This document shows, piece after piece, positions 43,301-55,300 of a DNA stretch of 64,000 nt. The first letter of the stretch is position 1; every line of letters starts with the position of its first letter. The stretch lies in the NCBI GenBank assembly GCA_021613535.1, contig CP075497.1:5642001-5706000 (forward strand), given 5' to 3'. Below the pieces are notes generated by a model. The model saw only the letters and a list, made by a program, of their open reading frames with translations. It ran no database searches and was not told where the DNA came from. The position numbers and the translations under genes were made by a program. This DNA is from Adineta vaga (lineage: Eukaryota; Animalia; Rotifera).

Positions 43301-46300
43301 CAACGAGTGGACAAATGACAGTTGTAGTGGTGGGTGTTCCTGGAGCAAGTGTTGATTGGGTTGGTGGCCGTGTTGATCCCGTAACACCTAAACGAGATAA
43401 AAGTGAATTATTGACGTTTTTCATTTTTCTTATCAGAAATTTGGTCAAAATATAAAATAACTCATTAAGTTATGACTCAGGCATACATTGAGAACCTTTC
43501 GTAAGGATCGAATGATCAAAGTGACGCGCACAAATAGATAAATAATGCGACAGAAGAACTGCACATATCCGTCCCGCTGTCACATGTGTGGGTCCACATT
43601 CAATGCTCCTAAAATAGCATGCTTATTACAACTATCAATGATGCTTATTCATACAGCGGACTTCAGTCGAGCTCTGCTCATGATAACAGACCACAACAAT
43701 TAAATATAACGTGGACGTTATTTATTGTATAACCAATTCTTAGAAACATTTCCTTCTACATTACGAACATGCTGACATATCTACTGACCTTAAATCAAGA
43801 AAGGGCATCCATGAAATGGAGTTCTCATCTTTTTGTATGAGTCCACATGATCAAAACGATTATGGAATGGAGCGATTTTAAATACCGTGCTATAACGCGT
43901 CGCTAGCTCATACAGCTCTGCTACGCAAACTACGCACTTTAACAAATCAGTGATATGTGAATGCGCCGGTAGTCACTATCTTACCAGTACTTCCAGGATA
44001 AGCTGTTGAACCTGTACCGGTAGTTCCTTGTGTCACTACAGTTGTCAACGTAGTTATTGTGATTGAAGGCGTTGATCCAGAGATAGTTGGTGGAACTGTT
44101 CCAGTCGTCACAACTGTTGTAGCCGTCGATGGTGTGTAACAAGCGATAATGGATACAGTCACATCAGTTGGCGCTGCACCATTGGGCGTGTTAAAGATAA
44201 TTGTGACTGTGCTACCCTCTGGTAGAGGTTGGTTATAAGTGACTGCAACTGTTGGTGTACCAGATGGAGATGTTTGACTGAAGAGAACTGTACCATCGGG
44301 CTTTTTCACAATGACAGTGATACTGTCGACATTGGTTGTCGGACTTGGCACAGAAATTGAACTGAGAATGGGTGTTGTGCCGGATGTGAATGGAATAATG
44401 ACAGATGCATTATTATTGATGAAATTAACACCAGGAGATTCGGGATTGAGTTCCGAAACGGTTGTAGACCCAGGTGCTCCGATGAATATTGCCTGATTGA
44501 TGTATTGTGGATTGGTCATGCCTATAATAGAATTAGGTGATTGCGATGATGAAGTAGAGAGAAAACATACCATCGATGAGTGGACAGATGACTGTTGTAG
44601 TGGTGGGTGTTCCTGGAGCAACTGTTGATTGGGTTGGTGGCCGTGTTGATTCCTGTAACACCTAAGAATATAGAAACCGTTACACTTCATTCGAGACTTT
44701 TTCATTGCGAACGAATCCTGTAAGAATACGAATTTAGGATCGGTAGGAGTAGGACTTCTGTGATGAAGTAGAAACTGTTGCATGCTACAAAACATTTGAA
44801 TGTGAGTTATAAAAAAGTCAGAAGTCAGAAAGCTTTTAGCAGCTGGGACGGTGATCGTCTAACTGTGTTTCGTTTTGCATATAAATAAGCGTAACATATG
44901 ATGTGAAAATAGTGAAGAATTGAATTTCAACACTAACCTGTGGTTTCGGTCGGTCCAGCGGTTACTGTAGTGATTGTGATTGAGGGTGTTGATCCAGAGA
45001 TAGTTGGTGGAACTGTGCCAGTAGTCACAACTGTTGTAGCCGTCGATGGTGTGTAACAAGCGATAATGGATACAGTCACATCAGTTGGTGCTGCACCATT
45101 GGGTGTGTTAAAGATGATTGTCACTGTGCTACCCACTGGTAGAGGTTGATTGTAAGTGACTGCAACTGTTGGTGTACCAGATGGAGATGTTTGACTGAAG
45201 AGAACTGTACCATCGGGCTTTTTCACAATGACAGTGATACTGTCGACATTCGTTGTCGGACTTGGTACAGAAACTGAACTGAGAATGGGTGTTGTGCCGG
45301 ATGTGAATGGAATAATGACCGATGCATTATTACTGATGAAGGTAACACCAGGCGATTCAGGATTGAGTTCGGAAACGGTTGTAGACGCAGGTGCTCCGAT
45401 GAATGTTGCCTGATTGATGTATTGTGGATTGGTCATACCTATAGTAAAATACAGTGAAAGATGATGAAGTAGAGAGAATACATACCATCAGTGAGTGGAC
45501 AAATGACAGTTGTAGTGGTGGGTGTTCCTGGAGCAAGTGTTGATTGGGTTGATGGTGCTTGTGTTGATCCTGTAACACCTAAACGATACATAAGTGAATT
45601 ATTGACGTTCTTCAGTTTATTATCATAAACTTTGTCAAAATTAAAAGCTCGTCAAAAGGTTTCAGAATAGGTGTATTGTAGCAAACTTCATAGTCATCTA
45701 ATTAGGGCACTGAATATGACACATATATGAAGACTGAACGCGACATTTTTAACATATCGACTGCTTTGAGCATGCTTTCTGTCCACATTCGATGTAAACA
45801 TGAAAGAATCAATAGTTGTAGGGCGCGGAATGTTTCGGATGGACTTCCCTCTCAGAAACCATTTTCCGCTGACAATTGTACTTTGGGTTGAAGTTTTTAG
45901 CGGTTATTAGTCATAGGAAGAAAGGTTTCGGTGAAAAATACCAGCGGTGAAGATTAAATTATGCCCGATTTACAGCTGATCATAGGTCACAGTAAGAGGT
46001 ACTGGGCTGGAGTGGTTTTAGATGAAAGCCTATGTTAATACGTAACTTTTCATTAGACGAGCTTTTGATAGGAATCTTTGCGGATATGCCTGAGAAAAGT
46101 TGATCTCATGGCAATAAGTTCGTTGTCTTTCAGTCAGTGATTCGATTTTACCACAGGAGTTTGATAGGAAGTTTTCTGTGATTGAAACCATCAAAACGCA
46201 AAATGATGATAACACAAATCAGTGAAGAGTTTTATTCCGATATTTCTAACTAAAGCATACAAATTATGTATCTTTCGATCCAGTACAGAAGATTAAGTTT

Positions 46301-49300
46301 AGATATGTAGTTCGTATGCTGACTATCAATTAGCGGTCAGTAATTTGTATACAGTTCATTTCTCTATAGATTTTGAGAAGTTGAATACAGGAAAACCTAC
46401 GAAAATTTTTGAAACATCGTAGTATTATAGTTCACGTTTCTCCCATTGTATTCTGCTAAATTCACCTGTTTCACTAAAACAGATAAATATTCTGGAAGAG
46501 CAGACCTCAGTGCATTGATCGATATAAAACAACAATGAACAGCATTTGTTTTCAAAAAAATTGCCTTTCCTTAGGGGTTTCTCAACTTTTTGACAGTGAA
46601 CAGCAACAGATCCGTCTTGCAGTGTTGCTGAAGAGATACGTTCAGAAACAAAGTCTCCCTACGATCGAAATATGTCTACAGTTAAAGGTACATTTCCTAG
46701 TATATCCATAGGTCGGAGGCCACTCAACTGAGTCCAATTACGACGCAGCATACAGAGTTACATATTTTTCTATTAATTGAATTTTTTTAGGGAGACTTCG
46801 AAAATGAGCGTTTCTTTCTATGTAGTGTTGATACGTGATGCGAGCGCAAGCACTGTCACAAATCAGTAGCATGTAAATGCGGCGGTAATCACTATCTTAC
46901 CAGTACTTCCAGGATAAGCTGTTGAACCTGTAGAACTGGTTTCTTGTGTCACAACAGTTGTAATTGTATTGATTGTGATTGAGGGTGTTGATCCAGAGAT
47001 AGTTGGTGGAACTGTTCCAGTCGTTACAACTGTTGTAGCCGTCGATGGTGTGTAACAAGCGATAATGGATACAGTCACATCAGTTGGTGCTGCACCATTG
47101 GGCGTGTTAAAGATGATTGTCACTGTGCACCCTCTGGTAGAGGTTGATTATAAGTGACTGCAACTGTTGGTGTACCAGATGGAGATGTTTGACTGAAGAG
47201 AACTGTACCATCGGGCTTTTTCACAATGACAGTGATACTGTCGACATTGGTTGTCGGACTTGGCACAGAAATTGAACTGAGAATGGGTGTTGTGCCGGAT
47301 GTGAATGGAATAATGACAGATGCATTATTATTGATGAAATTAACACCGGGTGACTCGGGATTGAGTTCCGAAACGGTTGTAGACCCAGGTGCACCGATGA
47401 ATGTTGCCTGATTGATGTATTGTGGATTGGTCATACCTATAGTAAAATACAGTGAAAGATGATGAAGTAGAGAGAATACATACCATCAGTGAGTGGACAA
47501 ATGACAGTTGTAGTGGTGGGTGTTCCTGGAGCAAGTGTTGATTGGGTTGATGGTGCTTGTGTTGATCCTGTAATACCTAATAGATACAAAAACGTATTAT
47601 TCACGTTTTTTCCTTTGTATAAACTTAATCAAAATATCACAGTAACGAAAACAAATGGATATCGAGTGTGCTAGAAAAATTGCACATATCTTTGCTGTTG
47701 ACATATGTGTTTGTCCACATTTACTCTGTGTAACAGATCAAAATTATTAAACACTATCAAGCATGTTGATTCATATACCCGACTTTCCTCGTTCTCTATC
47801 CATTTTAATAGGAGATAATAATTAAATATGAGGTCAGCGTTGTTTATTCAATCACAAATTCTTAGAAATATCACCTTGTTAGTGCTCATACTACAAAAAT
47901 GAGCGTATTAGTATGTCGAGTGTTGGTGTGTGACGCGAGCGGATACACTTTGTTTACTGAACATAAGCGGTTTCACATACAAATGACATGTGAATAGGAC
48001 AATAGTAACTATCTTACCGGTGCTTCCGGGATAAGCTGTTGAACCTGTAGAGCTGGTTCCTTGTGTCACAACAGTTGTAATTGTATTGATTGTGATTGAG
48101 GGTGTTGATCCAGAGATAGTTGGTGGAACTGTTCCAGTCGTTACAACTGTTGTAGCAGTCGATGGTGTGTAACAAGCGATAATGGATACAGTCACATCAG
48201 TTGGTGCTGCACCATTGGGCGTGTTAAAGATGATTGTCACTGTGCTACCCGCTGGTAGAGGTTGATTATAAGTGACTGCAACTGTTGGTGTACCAGATGG
48301 AGATGTTTGACTGAAGAGAACTGTACCATCGGGCTTTTTCACAATGACAGTGATATTGTCGACATTCGTTGTCGGACTTGGTACAGAAACTGAACTGAGA
48401 ATGGGTGTTGTGCCGGATGTGAATGGAATAATGACCGATGCATTATTACTGATGAAGGTAACACCAGGCGATTCAGGATTGAGTTCGGAAACAGTGGTAC
48501 TTGAAGGTGCTCCGATGAATGTTGCTTGGTTGATGTATTGTGGATTGGTCATACCTATAGTGGAATGAGGTGAGAGAAGATGAAGCAGAGAGAAAACATA
48601 CCATCAATGAGTGGACAGATGACAGTTGTAGTGGTGGGTGTTCCTGGAGCAAGTGTTGATTGAGTTGGTGGCCGTGTTGATCCTGTAACACCTAGGTAGA
48701 TAGAAATGATTACACTTTATTCGAGACATATTTGTTTTGAACGAATCCTATCATAATACCAATCTATAATCTGTAGAAGTGGGAATGCTGTGGCAATCTC
48801 AAGATAACTACAGTGATGAAGTAGAAAGTGTTCGCCGATATGAAACGTTTTAGTGTGGTTTATAGAAAAAGTCCGAAATCATAGAACTTCTGAATGTTCG
48901 CCGAGTGATTTTTTAATTGTGTTTACTTTCGAATATAACTGAATGCCGCATTCTATGTGAGAGAAGGGAAGAACTGCATTGGTTCACTCACCTGTAGTTT
49001 GCGTCTGTGCACTGGTTACTGTACTAATTGTGATTGAAGGTGTTGATCCAGAGATAGTTGGTGGAACTGTTCCAGTCGTTACAACTGTTGTAGCAGTCGA
49101 TGGTGTGTAACAAGCAATAATGGATACAGTCACATCAGTTGGTGCTGCACCATTGGGTGTGTTAAAGATGATTGTCACTGTGCTACCCGCTGGTAGAGGT
49201 TGATTATATGTGACTGCAACTGTTGGTGTACCAGATGGAGATGTTTGACTGAAGAGAACTGTACCATCGGGCTTTTTCACAATGACAGTGATACTGTCGA

Positions 49301-52300
49301 CATTCGTTGTCGGACTTGGCACAGAGACTGAACTGAGAATGGGTGTTGTGCCGGATGTGAATGGAATAATGACCGATGCATTATTACTGATGAAGGTAAC
49401 ACCAGGTGATTCGGGATTGAGTTCGGAAACAGTGGTACTTGAAGGTGCTCCGATGAATGTTGCCTGATTGATGTATTGTGGGTTGGTCATACCTATAGTG
49501 GAATGAGGTGAGTGATGATGAAGTAGAGAGAATACATACCATCAGTGAGTGGACAAATGACAGTCGTAGTGATGGGCGTTGTTGTACTGATGGAAGAAAT
49601 GGACGTTATCGATGAAGAAGTAAATGAAGTTGTTGAAAGTGATGTTGTAGTTGCTGAAATAGAGATTAATATGGCAATGATTGTGGTAAAATTCTCGGGA
49701 AAGAACGCTTTTTAATCATTAGGAAAATGTAGAGTCGACTATTGAACTTACAACCAACTGAGATCGATGAACTAGTTGTCGATGGACTAGTACTGACACT
49801 TGAGGGTTGTCCAGTTGTTGTCGATTTTGGTGAAACCGTGGTTGAAACTACAAATACATTTATTGAGTTAGTAATATTTTTAAAAAAAAGGGGGATTTGA
49901 GTAGACGCGATGATCGTTTTATACTAACGTGTTGTTGATTGAGTTGTTTGTGGAATACATTGAGGAACAACAAGAAGTGGATTATGTATTTCACCTTGTA
50001 TAGTAATTGAATTTACTGCTACAGCACCATCAATATTATGATTTGTTGTCAGTGATGCATATGGCGCAAGAACAGCTCCTCTAATATTGTGATCAAAATT
50101 AATTGTTATTGCCTCAGGAAAATTCCACAAGGTTTTTGATATACTAGATGCATACGGTTGAAACCAGTTACCTACTAAATCTCCTTTCGCCCAATTAATA
50201 TTTTTCCCGTAAACATTGATCAAAATGAATTTCACATTGTTATTGACAATAAGTGCCTCAATTTGTTGCACAGTTGGACCGAATACTGAACTGGCAGAGA
50301 CGTTGAAAATGGCAAAACCATTCTCATCGATATTGACTACATTGAAGTTAAATGGACCATCTTGTGATGATGATGGCATAGTAACATTATTATTAGATGG
50401 TAATTGTACAAGCAGTTGAGATAAAGAAATCATATTTGATATGATTTGAGAACATCTTGCGGGCAAGGTATTATCAACTTGAACTGTTGCATTCTGATTT
50501 CCTTGATTAACTTCTACTGATTTACCATCGATTGTATATTGAATATTACCACTTCCTTTCACTATTCGATTCGATGGATATGGACCTACTGCGATGCTAC
50601 CTGCAAGAGCTTTGAAATTACCATTGATAACTGAACCATTGATTTCCAGTGAATATATAGATGGAGTAAATGTATTTTGATCTAGTTTATCGCCAAAAGT
50701 TGCGCCGTTGACTAAATTACCACAGATGAGAGTTCGAGAATTAACATCTGAAGTTGAGCTGAAATCTGCACGTGTGACAACATTGTATTCGGACATAAAT
50801 GAAAAATACGATGATGAAACACAAGCAGGAACTGTAGTTGTTTGCGTTAGAGATGTTGCTGCTGTGGTTACTGGAATACCTGTATAACAATAGAGTTTTA
50901 AAATTTAATGAATGTATAAGGAATGAAAAATGTTGTCAATCAAGAAATTTTGAAATGAACTGCATATTGAAATAGGATTTTAATGCTTGTATTTTAGCTA
51001 TTTAATCTCTGATATAGAATGTCATTTATCACAATGAATACATCTATATATTTGTGAATAAAAAATTTTCTTATTACCTGTAGTTGTAGGACCCGAAGGT
51101 CCAGTTGTAATAACTGTACCAGTAGTTGTTGAAGCAGATGATGGTAACGCTTAAACGATACATTATAGAATCATTTTTATTTGTTAAATCAAATATATAT
51201 ATACATACATATTGTTGTTTGTGTTGGTGTGGTTGTACAGTTAGGAAAAGTAACAGCCGGTCCAAATACTCCTGACACGTCTAATGATTTGACAGCAACA
51301 GTACCATCGATTCTTGATTGTGTAGCTATTGATGCGCTGGGTGCAAGAATAGCTCCGGCCATTCTTCTACGAAAATTAATTTGTTGTGCGTTATGAAAGT
51401 TCCACACGGTTAACGATCTACCAAGTCCATTTTCTGCAAACCATCCATTATCAAAATTACCAACTGGTCCATCAATAGTCGTTTCATATACATTGATCAC
51501 CATCAATTTCATATTACTATTGGTGATATTTGCTCGAATTTCTTGCACCTTTGAATTACCGAATATTGAACTAGCAGATACATTGAAAATGGCAAAACCA
51601 TTCTGATCAACGTTCACTACATTGAAGGTGAATGGGCCATTTGTGGATGATGGAATTGTAGGATCATTATTAGATGGTAATTGTGCAAGTATTTGAGATA
51701 AAGCAATCATATTTGATATGATTTGAGAACATCGTGCGGGCAAGGTATTATCAACTTGAACTGTTGCATTCCGATTTCCTTGATTCATGTTCGCTTGAAC
51801 TTTTGAATCAATTAGATATTGATTACTATTCTGTTTATTCACTCGATTCAATGGATATGGACCCAGTGCAATACTACCCGCTTGAATATTGATACTATTA
51901 CCACTGACGGAACCATTGATTTCCAGTGAATATACAGATGGAGTAAATGTATTCTGATCTAGTTGTGTGCCAAAAGTGGAGCCTTTAAGTAAACTACCAC
52001 AAACAATGGTTCGATATCCAATATTTGAATTTGATGTTAAACTTTCACGTGTAATAACATTGTATTCTGACATAAATGAAGTGTATGCTGATGAAATACA
52101 AGAAGTAGCTGCGGCTGTAGTTATAACCGTTATGGTGGATGATTGAGCAGCTGTCAAACAAAGAAAATATTCAATCATTCTAAATTCAACGAAGTGTTGC
52201 GTACATCTATCGCTCTGACACAAGAAATAAATTACATGATCCACTTTTAAAGAACTAATTTTGATGAATACGAAAATTGAATTCGATACTTATTACGCGA

Positions 52301-55300
52301 CTTCAAGAGAAGATCAAGACGGTTATTTTTTAAGAATAATGAACACAAAAAAATAAATCCTATCGATTTTACCTGACGTTGAAGGAACTGATGGTACCGT
52401 TGATGAAATTGTTTCATTGGTAATTCCTTTTGAAGATCCTGTATCTAAAAATCAACTTATTTAAAGGTTTTACTGATACTTTATAAACTTATATTACTTG
52501 TGGTTTGCATAGTAACTGTTGAAGAACCTGCCAAGCGAAATTCAGTATATATAAGCATATTATTCTATCAAATCAATTTGTTTGTAATAACTTACCTGAA
52601 GTTAGACTAGTTCCTTGTGATATTGAAGAGGCTGGTGTTGATGAAAAACTTGTTGTTGATGAAAAACTTGTGGTTGATGAATAAGGATAAAAACAAGCCA
52701 TAATAGATAATGTTACATGATGTGATGGCTTTTTATCATATGTATTAAAAGAGATCAATAATGTTGAACCTGGCGGTAATGGAGTTTTTGGAAAACCAGT
52801 AACAACTGTGTCATTAACTGGTGATTGAAGTGTAATAGAACTCGAACCATACGATAGAATAATGAGTACTGTGACCTGATTTACGTTAGTAATTGTTTTA
52901 TTTCCAATAGCTAATGTGACAATTATAGGTGTAATTGATGGAGCAAATTCGATTTCAATTGTAGCATCATTTGAGGCAAATATAACACCGTCACCATTCG
53001 GACGAATATTCGGTGATTGTGGCGTATGACTACCATATATTGTATAATTCAATACATTCTGTGGCTGATCCATACCTTCTTCCAATGAGCACAAATGTGG
53101 TGTACCTATGATGATAAATAACAGAAAAAAATCATCAGTCTTTTCATCGAATATAGTTGAAAAGTACCTGTTGATGTTGCATGACTAATAGTGCTTGGAA
53201 CTGAAGTTAATAAATGATAAATATTAATTATCAGACTAATGTTTTTTTTTAAATTTTAAAAACATACTTGATAGAGTAGTTTCTTCGGGACCTTCTGTGT
53301 GAACAATTTCTGTTTCTTTTTCGTGAGCTGAATAGATATATACGCATACATATAACTATCATAAAATCATTCGAAGATTTTAACTTACTAGTTTTTGTAC
53401 TGCCTAAAGATGTAAATCCTGATGTAGTCGCTAAAAAAATTAAAGAAGAAATTGATTTTTTTTAAAATTGTTTGTTTCTTCTTACAACTGATAAATCGTT
53501 CAGTTGTTATCTGTGATGCTGTAACTAGAAAATAAGATAATATTCTCTCATCATAATAAATTTGAAATATTCTTTTAGAAAAAAAAACCTGTTGATATCG
53601 TCGTTGGTTGTCCACAGATATAAACAGCTAAACGAATATGATAACCTAAGTTAGAATTGTTCTTAGTTCTTGGCACAATTCTGATTTGTTTTGCTTTTAT
53701 TTGATAGAATTTCGTTTCTGAATTTTCTTGATCCTAGATGAAACATAAAACGTATATATATATATATATATATGAAAATTTAAAGACAAACTAAAACGAT
53801 TTCTTTACTTACACTTGCTAGCACATATTCATCACCATTTGATGTTGTATATGAAATACTATAGGATTTTACATTCGAATCCGATAGAATAATCACAGAA
53901 TAAATTGTTTGCTCCAATGGAAAACTGATGGTTATCGCTCCACCATCGACCATTTCAAGACCTTGATCATTTTCTTTGACGAGATTTATAACATCTTTGT
54001 TATTGTAGGAAACTTCCACACCATATGTACTGGTTGCATTTGCAGCAAGAACATTTTCAGGAATGCAAACATATGGGGTGGCTAGAAAGATAGTTTATCT
54101 TGGAACAAAATGTTTTTCAAATAATCAATAATTATTACTTGGTGTTGAAGAAACAGTCGGTGCTGTTCCTGATGTTGTAGAAAAAACTGTGGATCCTAAT
54201 AGAATGAATACGGTTAAATATAAAAAAGAACATCAATTCATCTTGCGTCTCACCCTCTGCACAACCCAATAGTTCTAGTTGCGCTGACAAAACAGTATTA
54301 GTCAATGTTCGATAAAAAGTAAACCGTATAACAAGCACATCAATAATTGGTTGTACAAAGTACACGGTAGTTATTGCCGTTGATGATGATTCTGTTCGTC
54401 GAATAGGCTGAAAACAGAACGATAATTTAATAAAAATAATCAGAAAAGTTAATACAAACATTTCCAGAATATTGAATATTTTTACTTGAAAGTGTATCAT
54501 ATTCAATATGAATTTCTGACACTGTACCACGTATTTCAAAACCAGTTAATGTTTTAGCATTATCTATCAATAAATGAATGTTTGTGAAAAACAAATCGAA
54601 TATGTTTTATTAAATATTTTACTTTGAGAAAAGCGAATTTCAACATTTGGTGTTGCATCATCACTATCAGCACTCCAAAAATTTGGATTATTCATACGAA
54701 TAGCATCCACGCCATCATTCTGGTACTTTTGTGACGAAACAGATATATCACTCGTAGGAATAAGTTGATTCTGTAAACCCATTTTATCATTACACCGATA
54801 TGAAGTAGCTAAAAAGAATTACATAACTCAATCAAACATTTCAACGATGAAAAGAGTCTTACTTTCTGATGAAGACATTGTTGAAGTTAAATATGCTAAA
54901 CAAAAGGAAAAATGTCCATTACAATCTTCCTCTCAACAAATACTTACATGTGGTAGTTGATGTTCCTTAAAAGAAGAAAAATAATCAACTTTTGCTTATT
55001 TTGATAATTGGAATTTATTTACCTGTACAACCCGTGATTTCTAAGGCTGTAATACTGATCGCCTCGTCTTTCGTATTAGAAATGGTCACTGTTAGTTGTG
55101 TTGTTGGTTGTGTCGATGGTGAAGTAATTATAATCGTATATTTTACAGATGTATCAGAAGTCGAAACAATATCACCCATTACTGGAGTATTGGATGGATT
55201 GGTACGAGCATAAAATACGGTCACCGGTTTTGTTGATGTCAAATGGATTTCCATAATTTGATACGGAGATGGAAAGAAAATATTGAATACAACGGTATTC

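Larger units (their letters stand above)
23350..49655 (-). repeat. Tandem array of 20 two-exon cassettes (short linker exon + 47-49 nt intron + ~500-540 nt domain exon)
   Basis: MT(N/S)PQYINQA...VTVSIIACY exons start near 23877, 25217, 26333, 28178, 29096, 30016, 32133, 33817, 34737, 36704, 37619, 39317, 40431, 41366, 43248, 44519, 45436, 47434, 48552, 49490; each is preceded by an exon ending ...TT(V/S)ICPL(I/T/V)DG. Confidence 0.95.

Noticed and set aside
23669-49467. Recurrent 61-aa plus-strand ORFs (MTVILSTLVVGLG...) and short minus-strand ...QHLLQEHPPLQ... ORFs
   Set aside because: Antisense or out-of-frame readings of the repeated exons.
24471-49490. Twenty separate small genes starting MTNPQYINQA
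   Set aside because: The Met lies 2 nt after a conserved splice acceptor, there is no signal peptide, and ORF tails diverge exactly at conserved GT donors: these are internal exons.
53752-53773. (TA)n microsatellite; also (TAT)n near 12664-12684
   Set aside because: Ordinary short simple repeats in intron/UTR.
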